DNA from: an uncultured Chloroflexia bacterium
GTDB lineage: Bacteria > Chloroflexota > Limnocylindria > Limnocylindrales > CSP1-4
Assembly: GCA_963766735.1 (NCBI GenBank)
Contig: CAVYBU010000024.1
Coordinates: forward strand, 1 to 34,390
Length of the DNA: 34,390 nt
Direction: 5' to 3'
Part shown: positions 16,825 through 26,665 of the stretch, piece by piece
How positions within the stretch are numbered: the stretch's first letter is position 1
Layout: every line of letters starts with the position of its first letter
Program-made: the position numbers and the translations under genes
The notes under the pieces: model-generated
Databases searched by the model: none
Seen by the model: only the letters and a program-made list of their open reading frames with translations
Told to the model about the DNA's origin: nothing

Positions 16825-19326
16825 GTGACGCAACGCTGGCTCGGCGCCCTCCAGGCCGCGTTCGCGCCCCACCAGGTGACGACGGCTCCGGGCGACCTGA
16901 CGGTCCTTGCGTCCGACGGCCTGACCGCATACGCAGCCCGACCCGCCGCGGTGGTCTACGCCGAGACCGAGCGTGACGTCGTCGATGCGGTGCGGATCTG
17001 CCATCGCCACGGTGTTCCGTTCGTCGCCCGCGGCAGCGGCACGAGCCTGTCGGGTGGCGCGATGCCCCACCCGGACGGTGTCGTGATCGCCCTCAACCGC
17101 CTGCGGCACCTGGCCATCCAGCCGGATCGGAGGCTCGCGACCGCCGGGCCGGGTGTCTGGAACCTGGATGTATCCCGACACGCCGCCGCCCATGGGCTGT
17201 ACTACGCGCCGGACCCGTCCAGCCAGCAGATCTGCAGCATCGGCGGCAACGTCGCCTTCAACGCGGGCGGCGCCCACTGCCTGAAGTACGGCACGACGGG
17301 CAACCATGTCCTGGGCATTCGCGTCGTGCTGCCGGATGCCACGGTGGTCGAGCTCGGCGGGGAGAGCCTCGAGAGCGTGGGGCCTGGTCTCGTCAACCTG
17401 TTCGTGGGCTCGGAGGGCCTGATGGGCGTTGCGCTCAACACGACGCTGCGGCTGCTGCCCAAGCCCGAGAGCGTCCGGACGGTCCTCGCCGCGTATCCGA
17501 GCCTCGAGGCCGCCGGCGACGCCGTCTCGGCGGTGATCGCGGCCGGTCTCCTGCCGGCCGCGATCGAGGTCATGGACCGGCTGGCCATCAAGGCCGCCGA
17601 GGCGGCCGTCCACCCCAACTACCCTGCCGACGCCGCGGCGCTCATGATCATCGAGCTGGATGGCGAGGAGCAGCAGGTCGCCGCCGAGTGGGACATGCTG
17701 GACGGCGTGCTCGCCGACTCCAGGCCGTCGTCGACGCGCCTGGCGCGCGACGACCGGGAGCGAGCGGAGATCTGGAAGGGGCGCAAGAGCGCGTTCTCAG
17801 CGGTCGGGCGCCTGAGCCCGGACTTCCTGGTCAACGATGGCGTCGTCCCACGGACGAAGCTCCCGGCCGCGCTGGGCGAGATCGAGGCCCTGTCCGGCAG
17901 GTTCGGCCTCTCGGTCGCCAACGTGTTCCACGCCGGCGACGGCAACCTCCATCCGCTGGTGCTGTTTGACGGTCGCCGCGACGGGGAGGGCGAGCGCGCA
18001 GAGGCGCTGTCCAGCGAGATCCTGGACATGTGCATCAGCCTCGGTGGCTCGATCACCGGCGAACATGGGGTGGGGCTCGAGAAGCGGGCACACCTGGAGC
18101 GCCTCTACGACGCGCCGGACATCGAGACCCTGCGCCGCGTCCGGCTGGCGGTTGACCCGGGCGAGATCGCCAACCGCGGCAAGGTGCTGCCGGCCGGGCC
18201 GCTCGCAGCGCCAGTGGCCAAACCTGTGGCCGACGCGCCGCAGGGCGGGTCGCGTGGCTCGGCGCCGACGACGGTGGAAGGTGTCTGCGAGGCGGTCGCC
18301 CACGGCGGCCGCGTCCTGCCGCGCGGCGGTGGGACCAAGCCCGTCCTCTCCACGCCCGCCGATCCCGGTATCGCGGTCATCGACCTGTCCGGGCTCGCCG
18401 GGATCATCGAGTACGAGCCCTCTGAGCTCGTCATCACCGCGCTCGCCGGGACGCGCGTCTCCGACATCGAGGCGCTGCTCGGCAGCCACGACCAGACCCT
18501 GGCCTTCGATCCGGTGCTCGCCGCAGCCGGGGCGACGCTCGGAGGTACGGTCGCGAGCGGGCTCAGCGGTCCGGGTCGGTACCGCCGGGGCGGCGTCCGG
18601 GACTTCGTGGTCGGAGCGAGGTTCGTCGACGGTCAGGCGCGCCTCGTTCGAGGCCGCGGCAGGGTCGTGAAGAACGTGGCCGGCTTCGACCTGCCCCGGC
18701 TGCTGGTCGGCAGCCTCGGCCAGCTGGCCGTCCTGGTGGAGATCAGCCTGAAGGTCTTCCCGCGTCCCGAGGCACATGGAACCGTTCGCCTCCGCGGGTC
18801 CATCACCGAGATGCTTGCGAGCCTCGAATCGCTGGCGCGATCCACGTTCGACATCGAGTGTCTCGATCTCGTTCCCGGCGAGGATTCCGCCGAGCTGCTG
18901 ACCCGCCTGGCCGGGCCGGCCACCGTGCTGCCGGCGCGCCTGGACCGTGTGCGGCGTCATCTCGGCGGTGGGGACGTGATCGGCGACGACAGCACCCTCT
19001 GGGAGCATCCACGAGAGCTCGACTGGGTTCCCGATGGGTGGGATCTCCTCCACGTGCCGGTCACGCCGCGACAGATCGTCCTCCTCGAGCCCGTCCTGCG
19101 CGAGCTCGGAGCCGTCCGTCGCTACTCGGCTGGGGGCCAGGTCGCGTGGGTCGCGGTCGGGCGAGCCGGTGAGCTGGAGCCGCCGCTGACCAGCCAGGAC
19201 CTGACCGGGCTCCACATCCTCGGCCGGACAACGGGGCGCAGGGTCATCGGTCGCAGCCCCGACAACGAGCTCGGCCGGCGCGTGCGGGCGGCCCTGGATC
19301 CATTCCATCGCTTCGCGGGGTGGTGA
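16825..19326 (+). CDS. glcD: Glycolate/D-2-hydroxyacid dehydrogenase FAD subunits, GlcD-GlcE fusion
   Basis: GlcD motifs [36 protein letters not shown], then a Pro/Ala linker, then GlcE motifs [35 protein letters not shown] in one frame. Confidence 0.88.
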   Translation: MTQRWLGALQAAFAPHQVTTAPGDLTVLASDGLTAYAARPAAVVYAETERDVVDAVRICHRHGVPFVARGSGTSLSGGAMPHPDGVVIALNRLRHLAIQPDRRLATAGPGVWNLDVSRHAAAHGLYYAPDPSSQQICSIGGNVAFNAGGAHCLKYGTTGNHVLGIRVVLPDATVVELGGESLESVGPGLVNLFVGSEGLMGVALNTTLRLLPKPESVRTVLAAYPSLEAAGDAVSAVIAAGLLPAAIEVMDRLAIKAAEAAVHPNYPADAAALMIIELDGEEQQVAAEWDMLDGVLADSRPSSTRLARDDRERAEIWKGRKSAFSAVGRLSPDFLVNDGVVPRTKLPAALGEIEALSGRFGLSVANVFHAGDGNLHPLVLFDGRRDGEGERAEALSSEILDMCISLGGSITGEHGVGLEKRAHLERLYDAPDIETLRRVRLAVDPGEIANRGKVLPAGPLAAPVAKPVADAPQGGSRGSAPTTVEGVCEAVAHGGRVLPRGGGTKPVLSTPADPGIAVIDLSGLAGIIEYEPSELVITALAGTRVSDIEALLGSHDQTLAFDPVLAAAGATLGGTVASGLSGPGRYRRGGVRDFVVGARFVDGQARLVRGRGRVVKNVAGFDLPRLLVGSLGQLAVLVEISLKVFPRPEAHGTVRLRGSITEMLASLESLARSTFDIECLDLVPGEDSAELLTRLAGPATVLPARLDRVRRHLGGGDVIGDDSTLWEHPRELDWVPDGWDLLHVPVTPRQIVLLEPVLRELGAVRRYSAGGQVAWVAVGRAGELEPPLTSQDLTGLHILGRTTGRRVIGRSPDNELGRRVRAALDPFHRFAGW

Positions 19327-19327
19327 G

Positions 19328-20596
19328 ATGCGCCACACGATGCGACCCGATCTGCTGCCCGAGCAGCCGTCCGCGATGACAGGCGCTGTCGAGGCGTGCG
19401 TGCACTGCGGGTTCTGCCTGCCGACCTGTCCGACGTACCGCGTCCTCGGGCTCGAGACGGATTCGCCGCGCGGCCGCATCGTGCTGATGAAGGAGGTCTT
19501 CGAGGGAACGCTCCAGACGGCCGACGTGCTGCCGAGCCTGGACGCCTGTCTCGGCTGCCTCGCGTGCATGACCGCGTGCCCCTCGGGCGTGCGGTATGAC
19601 CGCCTCCTCCAGGGCTTCCGCGATACCTCCCGGAACACCACGAGCCGTCCGCTGGTCAGCCGTCTCCGCCGACGGGGTCTGCTCCGGACGCTGCCCCACC
19701 CTCGCCGCCTGCGGGCCGCGGCCCGCGTCGGGAGGCTCGCTCGACCCGTGCGCCGCCTGATGCCCGCCGCCGTCAAGCCGATGCTGGAGCTGCTGCCCGG
19801 CCCCGGTCCCGACCTGGGCCCGCTGCCCGCCACCTATCCTGCGGTGGGACCCGTTCGGGCACGCGTCGCGCTGCTCTCGGGGTGCGTGCAGCAGATCATG
19901 GCGACGGAGACCAACTGGGCGACGCTCCGCGTTCTCGCGCGCAACGGCGTCGAGGTCCTGGTCCCGCCGTCCCAGGGCTGCTGCGGCGCGCTGGCGCTCC
20001 ACCTCGGCGAGCTCGACACCGCCCGCCGGCAGGCAGCCTGGAACATGGAGGCCTTCCCCCGGGATGTGGATGCCGTGATCTCGAACGCGGCCGGCTGCGG
20101 GTCAGCGCTCCGCGAGTACGGCGAGCTGTTCGAGGGACGCGCGGAGGCCGTCGCCGCCGCCGGGTTCGCCGAACGCGCCCTGGACATCTCGGTGTTTCTC
20201 GACCAGCTCGGGATCGATCCGCCGCCCGGGCTCCGGGAGCCACGACGGGTGGCCTACCACGATGCCTGCCACCTCGCCCACGCGCAGGGGGTCACGGCTC
20301 CGCCGAGGCGACTGCTCGGGCAGATCGAGGGCCTGGAGCTGGTTGAGATCCCCGATGGCGCGATCTGCTGCGGGTCGGCCGGGACCTACAACATCGAGCA
20401 GCCTGCGATCGCCGGCACGCTGGGGGCCGCAAAGGCTGCGGCCATCGCGAGCGCCAGGCCCGACGTGGTTGCGCTGGGCAACGTGGGCTGCATGGTCCAG
20501 ATCCGTGCGCAGCTGGAGCTGGCGGCAACCCCCCTTCCCGTGCTGCACACCGTCGAGATCCTCGATCGAGCCTACCGGGGTCTCCCCCTGGCGTAG
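19328..20596 (+). CDS. glcF: Glycolate oxidase iron-sulfur subunit
   Basis: CVHCGFCLPTCP, CLGCLACMTACP, CCG domains (QGCCGAL, HDACHLAH, CCGSAGTYN). Confidence 0.92.
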   Translation: MRHTMRPDLLPEQPSAMTGAVEACVHCGFCLPTCPTYRVLGLETDSPRGRIVLMKEVFEGTLQTADVLPSLDACLGCLACMTACPSGVRYDRLLQGFRDTSRNTTSRPLVSRLRRRGLLRTLPHPRRLRAAARVGRLARPVRRLMPAAVKPMLELLPGPGPDLGPLPATYPAVGPVRARVALLSGCVQQIMATETNWATLRVLARNGVEVLVPPSQGCCGALALHLGELDTARRQAAWNMEAFPRDVDAVISNAAGCGSALREYGELFEGRAEAVAAAGFAERALDISVFLDQLGIDPPPGLREPRRVAYHDACHLAHAQGVTAPPRRLLGQIEGLELVEIPDGAICCGSAGTYNIEQPAIAGTLGAAKAAAIASARPDVVALGNVGCMVQIRAQLELAATPLPVLHTVEILDRAYRGLPLA

Positions 20597-20692
20597 GCGG
20601 CACCTCCTCGAGACGGGAGGACGAGGTCGCCTCGGGCGCGACCGAACCGGCCGAGCCGATCGCGCTCAAGCTGACGACGGCTGGAGTATCAT

Positions 20693-20708
20693 TTCACAAA
20701 TTCCAGAA
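20693..20708. promoter_or_regulatory. Candidate operator TTCA-N8-AGAA just after a TATCAT -10 (20687-20692)
   Basis: AT-rich imperfect palindrome upstream of the MarR/GbsR gene. Confidence 0.35.
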
Positions 20709-20736
20709 CTCTCATGCAGATGCAGGGTGTGGACCG

Positions 20737-21324
20737 GTGAACGATCACGAGGCCACCTTCGTCGAGCAGCTTGGCCAGCACCTCTCTGCCCGGGGTATGC
20801 AGCGGATGGCGGGGCGCGCATGGGCGTGGCTGCTGATCTGCGATCCGCCGGAGCAGACGGCCGAGCAGCTCGCGGAGGCGCTGCACGCGAGCCGCGGGGC
20901 GATCAGCGGTGCGATGCGTGTCCTCACCAGTGCGGGCTTCGTCCACCGTGGCCGGCGGCGCGGTGACAGGCGCGAGTTCTTCAGCGCCCCGCCCGGTGCC
21001 ATTCGCCGCCTGGTCGCCAACGGCGGCACGGTCATGGCGCACGGGCGCGAGATCGCGGACGAAGGCCTGGCGCTCCTCGCCGGCCGCCCGCCCGAGGACC
21101 GGGCCAGGCTCCTCGAGTTCCGTGACCTCTACGCGTACTACGAGCGCGAGTGGCCCATCCTCGTCGCTCGCTATCTCGCGGACCGGACGGAGCCCAATGG
21201 TGGTGTGGTACCGGGCACCGACCGGGCACAGCCCCCGCCCGGGTCGGCCGTTGAGGAGCCACCGATACCGCCCAGCAGGACGCATCAGGTCGCCAGCGCG
21301 CCGGAAGGGAACCGATCCATATGA
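20737..21324 (+). CDS. MarR/GbsR-family winged-helix regulator
   Basis: GMQRMAGRAWAWLLICDPPEQTAEQLAEALHASRGAISGAMRVL...RRGDRREFF. Confidence 0.88.
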   Translation: MNDHEATFVEQLGQHLSARGMQRMAGRAWAWLLICDPPEQTAEQLAEALHASRGAISGAMRVLTSAGFVHRGRRRGDRREFFSAPPGAIRRLVANGGTVMAHGREIADEGLALLAGRPPEDRARLLEFRDLYAYYEREWPILVARYLADRTEPNGGVVPGTDRAQPPPGSAVEEPPIPPSRTHQVASAPEGNRSI

Positions 21325-22235
21325 CCGCAATCATCGAGGCCGAGCGCCTCACCAAGAGCTACGGGAGCCACCGCGGCATCATCGACGTGGATCTCGAGAT
21401 CCAGGAAGGCGAGGTCTTCGGCTTCCTGGGCCCAACGGTGCCGGCAAGACGACGACCATCCGCACCTTCCTCGACCTGATCCGGCCGACGAGCGGCGTCG
21501 CCCGGGTGTTCGGCATCGAATCGTCGGTCGACCCGGTGGCGATCCACCGCCGGGTGGGCTACATCCCCGGCGAGTTCGCGCTCTACGACCGCCTCACCGG
21601 CGGCCAGACCATCCAGTACTTCGCGAACCTGCGGGGCGGGGTCGACCCGCTCTACCAGCAGGACCTCATCGCACGGATGGATCTCGATCCGTCACGCCGG
21701 TTCAAGGAGTACTCGAAGGGCAACAAGCAGAAGGTCGGCATCGTCATCGCGCTCCAGCACCGCCCGGACCTGCTCGTGCTCGACGAGCCGACGTCGGGTC
21801 TCGATCCCCTCGTGCAGCAGTCGTTCTTCGGCCTCGTGCAGGAGGCGAAGGCGGAGGGCCGGACGGTCTTCCTCTCGAGCCACATCCTGGGCGAGGTCGA
21901 GAAGACGTGTGCCCGGGTCGCGATCATCCGCGAGGGCCGCATCGTGAAGACGGACACGGTCGAGGCCCTGCGCGACCTCGCCCATCACCAGGTGGAGCTG
22001 CGCTTCACCGACACGGTGCCGGTCGCGGCCTTCGAGAGCCTGCCCGGCGTGAGCGACGTGGTCGCCGATGACCATGTCCTGCGGCTTCGCGTCACCGGCG
22101 CGATCACCCCGGTCGTCCGGGCCGCCGCGCAGTACGACCTGCTCGACTTCGTCAGCCGGGAGCCGAGCCTCGAGGAGACGTTCCTCGCGCAGTACGGCCG
22201 GCAGGCCGTCGGGGAGAGCCAGCAATGTCAGCTAG
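21321..22235 (+). CDS. ABC exporter ATP-binding protein (apparent frameshifts near 21431 and near its 3' end)
   Basis: MTAIIEAERLTKSYG...GEVFGFL/GPNGAGKTT (one C missing in a C run), YSKGNKQK, LDEPTSGLDP, SSH. The end at TAG 22233-22235 is inferred. Confidence 0.88.
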
Positions 22236-23909
22236 TGCCGGCGCGCCGCCGCTGGCGGCAGCCCGTACCCAGATCCACACGCCTGAGCCGGATCTACGGT
22301 CTCGGCAGCATCTACGGCAAGACGATGCGCGACTCGCGCCTCGCCTTCATCATCGCCACCGGCTTCCTGCAGCGGCATGGCGCTCGTCATGGGCGCGGCC
22401 ATCTCGACGGTGTTCCCAACGCCGGCGGCCCGCCTCGAGGTGGACGCGCTCATCGGGAGCATGCCGGCGTCCATGGTCAACCTGTTCGGCAGGCCGGTCG
22501 GATCTCGGCACGCTCGGCGGCTACATGACGTTCAAGTACGGCGCCATCTTCGCCCTGGGCGTCGCGCTGTGGTCGATCATGGCCCTCTCCGGCACGCTCG
22601 CGGGCGAGGCACGTCGCGGCAGCCTCGACCTGGTCGCCACCACGCCGTTCGGCAAGCGCCGCATCGCCCTCGAGAAGCTGGCGGCCCACCTGACGGTGGT
22701 GTGGCTGGCGCTGGCGATCTTCGCCGTCGTCACCACGCTCAGCTCGACGATCTTCGGGGATGCCGCCCTCGGCGACACCATCCCGCTCCAGTCCTCCGTC
22801 GCCTTCGCCCTGTGGGTCGGGTTCCTCGCCATGTTCTTCGGCGGGATCGCGTTCGCGCTGTCGCCCATCCTCGGCCGCGCCGGCTCCGCGGGAGTCGCCG
22901 GCATCGCCATGGTCTTCCTGTGGGTCGCCGCCGGCATGGAGATCGGCGGACCGCTCGTGGTCCTGAGCCCGTTCGCCTGGACGGCGGACCACATCGGGCT
23001 CGTGGGCATGTACGACTGGCCGGCGCTGGCGCTGGTCGGCATCGTCGGCGTCGTGTTCCTGGCCATCGGTATCGAGCTGTTCGTGCGCCGCGATCTCGGG
23101 GTCACGGCCGGACTCTCGCTGCCCGGCCTGCCGGCGGGCATCCTCGGGCGTCCGCGGACCCATCAGCCGGGCGTTCGGCGACCAGCTGCCGCGGGCGACC
23201 TCGTGGGGCATCGGTCTCGGGCTCGCCGGCGCGCTGCTCGCGTCCCTGGTCGGGCCGATGGCAGACCAGATCCGGTCCAGCCCGGACATCCTGGGGGTCT
23301 TCCAGACGATCTTCCCGGACTTCGACCTCGCCTCGGCCGGCGGCTTCCTCCAGCTGTACGTGGCGCTGCTGTACATCGCGGCCGGGTTTGCCGCGGCAAC
23401 GTTCGTCTCGAAGTGGGCATCGGACGAGACCGATGGGCGCCTCGAGCTCGTCCTCACCTCACCGGCGAGCCGGGCCCGGTGGGCGCTCGCCGGCGGCATC
23501 GCCGCGCTGTTCGCGATCGTGGTGATGAGCGTGCTGTTCGCGGGCGGCATCGGGCTCGGCGCGGCGTCGAGCAACGTCAGCGCCGAGTGAGGCCATGCTC
23601 GGTTCCGCCGCGCTCGGCCTCTATGCCGCGGCCGTCGTCGGGATCGGGGTCGCGGTCGGCGGGCTGTGGCGGACGTCACTCGCTGCGGAGATCGCCGCGC
23701 TGTTCGTGGTGGCCACCTACCTCGTCGACCTCCTCGCGCCGGCGCTCGGCCTCCCGGACTGGGTGCATCAGCTGGCCCTGACCGCACACCTGGGCCAGCC
23801 GATGGCCGGCAGCTGGGACCTGGTCGGGGTTGGCGCCTGCCTCGTGATCGCCGTCGGCGGCGTGCTGCTGGGGGCGTGGGGCATGAAGCGGCGCGACGTC
23901 ACCGGGTAG
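22225..23909 (+). CDS. ABC-2 type permease with two domains (about five apparent +1 frameshifts)
   Basis: Segments in successive frames: SIYGKTMRD / MALVMGAA / LAGEARRGSLDLV / ASDETDGRLELVL / MKRRDVTG*. Paralogous to the intact 24894-26552. Confidence 0.8.
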
Positions 23910-23988
23910 GCGAGGGGTCGGCCCCGGGTGTCTCCCGGGCCGGCCCAAGCGCCCCGCAACACGGGGTCGCGAATCGACAAGGAGCCGC

Positions 23989-24897
23989 ATGACCGACCAG
24001 ATCGCCATTCACATCGAGGGCCTGACCAAGCACTACGGCAGCGTCCACGCCCTGGTGGACCTGGACCTCGACGTTCGCGCCGGCGAGGTGTTCGGCTTCC
24101 TCGGCCCCAACGGCGCCGGCAAGACGACGACGATCCGGACCCTGCTCGACGAGATCCGCCCAACGGCAGGCCGGGCCACGATCAAGGGCCTCGACACCCA
24201 CGAGAAGGTGGTGGAGATCCGGCGCCACGTCGGCTACGTGCCCAGCGACCTGGCGATGTATCCGAGCCTCACCGGGCGCGACACGCTGACCTACTTCGCG
24301 AACCTCCGGGGGGGCGTCGACTGGGCGTATGTCGATGTCCTGGCCGAGCGGCTCGACGCCGACCTCTCGCGGAAGGTCGGTGACCTGTCCTCCGGCAACC
24401 GGCAGAAGGTCGGCGTGATCCAGGCGTTCATGAACCGGCCCGACGTCCTGATCATGGACGAGCCCAGCGCCGGCCTGGACCCGCTCATCCAGCGCGAGTT
24501 CCAGGCGATGATGCGAGAGGTCGCCGCCGAGGGTCGGACGGTGTTCCTCTCCAGCCACACCCTCTCGGAGGTTCAGCGCGTCGCGGACCGGGTCGGGATC
24601 ATCCGCAGCGGCCGCCTCGAGGCGGTCGAGTCGGTTGCCGACCTGCGCTCGAAGTCGATCCGACGGGTCGAGTTCGAGTTCACCGAGCCGGCGGACGCCT
24701 CTGTGTTCGCATCCCTGCCCGGCGTCCGGAGCGTGGCGGTCGAGGACCACCGGGTCGTCCTGTCCTACGACGGCCGGATGGACGTCCTCCTCAAGACCGC
24801 GACCGCGCGCTATGACGTCGTGGACATCACGTCCCAGCCGGCCGATCTCGAGGAGATCTTCCTCACCTACTACAGCGACGAGGCGGTGGCCGGGTGA
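23989..24897 (+). CDS. ABC exporter ATP-binding protein
   Basis: GPNGAGKTT, LSSGNRQK, MDEPSAGLDP, SSH; AAGGAG RBS. Confidence 0.95.
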   Translation: MTDQIAIHIEGLTKHYGSVHALVDLDLDVRAGEVFGFLGPNGAGKTTTIRTLLDEIRPTAGRATIKGLDTHEKVVEIRRHVGYVPSDLAMYPSLTGRDTLTYFANLRGGVDWAYVDVLAERLDADLSRKVGDLSSGNRQKVGVIQAFMNRPDVLIMDEPSAGLDPLIQREFQAMMREVAAEGRTVFLSSHTLSEVQRVADRVGIIRSGRLEAVESVADLRSKSIRRVEFEFTEPADASVFASLPGVRSVAVEDHRVVLSYDGRMDVLLKTATARYDVVDITSQPADLEEIFLTYYSDEAVAG

Positions 24898-26552
24898 TGC
24901 TGGCCGGCGTCCTGACCAAGACAGTCCGCGACCGCTGGGTGGCGTTCGTCGTGGGGTCGGTCGCGATCGGCCTGTTCACCGTCTTCGGCATGGCCGTCTA
25001 CAGCGGGATCGATCTCTCCTTCTACGCCGGGCTGCCGGAACCACTCCTGGGGCTGATGGGCATCTCGGATGTGACCGACCTCAGCGGGCTCTCGTATGGG
25101 GCCATCTTCAGCTTCATGGGCGCGATGACCCTGGCCGGGCTCGCCGTCTGGGTGGGCGCCGGCGTTGTGGCCGGCGAGGAGCGCAACGGAACCATCAGCC
25201 TGCTGCTCGGCAACCCGAAGAGCCGGACGCATGTGCTTCTCGCCAGCGCGGGAGCCCTGGTCCTCCTCACCGCGCTGGGCGCGCTGATCATGCTCGCCGG
25301 CGGCCTTCTCAGCCCGGTGATCCTCGATGTCGACATCGGGGGCAGGGATATCGGGGCGCTGACGTTCCACCTGTTCGCCAACGCGCTGTTCTACGGCTTC
25401 ATCGCGCTCGCAATCGGAGCGTGGACGGGCAACGGCGGGCTCGCGACGGGTGTCGCCGCTGCCGTGATGGTCGTCTCCTACATCGCCGTCGGCCTGCTGC
25501 CGCTGTTCAAGGGGCTCGAGGACGTCGCCCGGGTGTTCCCCTGGTACTACTTCGACGGCAGCGACCCCCAGTTCAACGGCATCGACTGGGGCCACATCGG
25601 CGTCCTGGCCGCCGGTTCCGGGATCCTCGCCGGGCTGGCGGTGATCGGCTGGAACCGCCGCGATCTCAGGGGTCGGAGCACGGGGCGGACGATGGTCGAC
25701 CGGCTCCGGAGCAGCCCGATCACCCGCAGGATCGTGGACCGGCTCGCTGGCTCCGCGGCCGTCTCCCACGTCTGGACCAGGACCATCTCGGAGCACCAGG
25801 CGCTCCTCGTGGTCACCGCCTACATCATGGCCCTCGTGGGCATCTTCTACGGTCCGCTCTACTCGTTGCTCCCGGCTGAGGTCCTGGGCATGGCCGACCA
25901 GCTTCCCAAGGAGCTGCTGGCCCTCGTGGGCAATGCCGACATGAGCACGCCCGAGGGCTTCTACACGATCGAGGGCTTCGGCCTTGTCGTGCCGATCGCG
26001 ATGATCCTCGTCACCGTCACGGTCGGATCCCGCGCCCTGGCCGGCGAGGAGGGGAACCGCACGATGGGCCTCCTCCTCGCGAACCCCGTCAAGCGCTCGA
26101 GCGTCGTCGTGGAGAAGACCGTGGCGCTGGTCATCATCGCCGCGGTCCTCGGGCTCGTCGCATTCGGTGCGACGGTCCTGGGGTCCTATCTCGGTGGACT
26201 CGGCATGGATGCGGGCCACATCGCGGCGATCTGCCTCCTGGCCGTGCTGCTCGGGCTGGTCGTCGGCGGGCTGGCGCTCCTGCTGAGCGCCGCCACGGGC
26301 CGGGTGCGGTGGGCCGTGGAGGGCTCGATGGGGTTCGCGCTGATCGCCTGGCTGTTCAACGCCTACCTGCCGCTCAACGACAGCGTTGCCCGCTTCGCGG
26401 AGCTGTCCCCGTTCTACTACTACCTGGGCAATGACCCACTCGTCAACGGGATCCACTGGGGTCATGCAGCGCTGCTGGCCGCGCTGTTCCTGACGACGGC
26501 GGCTCTGTCCGTGGTCCTCTTCGAGCGCCGGGACCTGCGCCAGACGAGCTAG
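24894..26552 (+). CDS. ABC-2 type permease with two domains
   Basis: Duplicated unit AGEERNGTISLLLGNP...NRRDL and AGEEGNRTMGLLLANP...ERRDL; about 12 hydrophobic segments. Confidence 0.92.
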   Translation: MMLAGVLTKTVRDRWVAFVVGSVAIGLFTVFGMAVYSGIDLSFYAGLPEPLLGLMGISDVTDLSGLSYGAIFSFMGAMTLAGLAVWVGAGVVAGEERNGTISLLLGNPKSRTHVLLASAGALVLLTALGALIMLAGGLLSPVILDVDIGGRDIGALTFHLFANALFYGFIALAIGAWTGNGGLATGVAAAVMVVSYIAVGLLPLFKGLEDVARVFPWYYFDGSDPQFNGIDWGHIGVLAAGSGILAGLAVIGWNRRDLRGRSTGRTMVDRLRSSPITRRIVDRLAGSAAVSHVWTRTISEHQALLVVTAYIMALVGIFYGPLYSLLPAEVLGMADQLPKELLALVGNADMSTPEGFYTIEGFGLVVPIAMILVTVTVGSRALAGEEGNRTMGLLLANPVKRSSVVVEKTVALVIIAAVLGLVAFGATVLGSYLGGLGMDAGHIAAICLLAVLLGLVVGGLALLLSAATGRVRWAVEGSMGFALIAWLFNAYLPLNDSVARFAELSPFYYYLGNDPLVNGIHWGHAALLAALFLTTAALSVVLFERRDLRQTS

Positions 26553-26665
26553 GTTCGGGGCGACGCGTTCGGCAGCGGGGCGTCGTCCTGCCGTGGCCCG
26601 GCCGACGGCCCGTCAGACCGCGCGGCGGCGCAGCTCGTGGACGGCGTCGTGCAGCTCCGCGGTGC

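Noticed and set aside
22200-22300. Apparent in-frame ATPase-permease fusion
   Set aside because: The linker uses atypical codons, an RBS and ATG sit at 22225, the region is indel-rich and the paralogous pair is split. Not fully excluded without reads.
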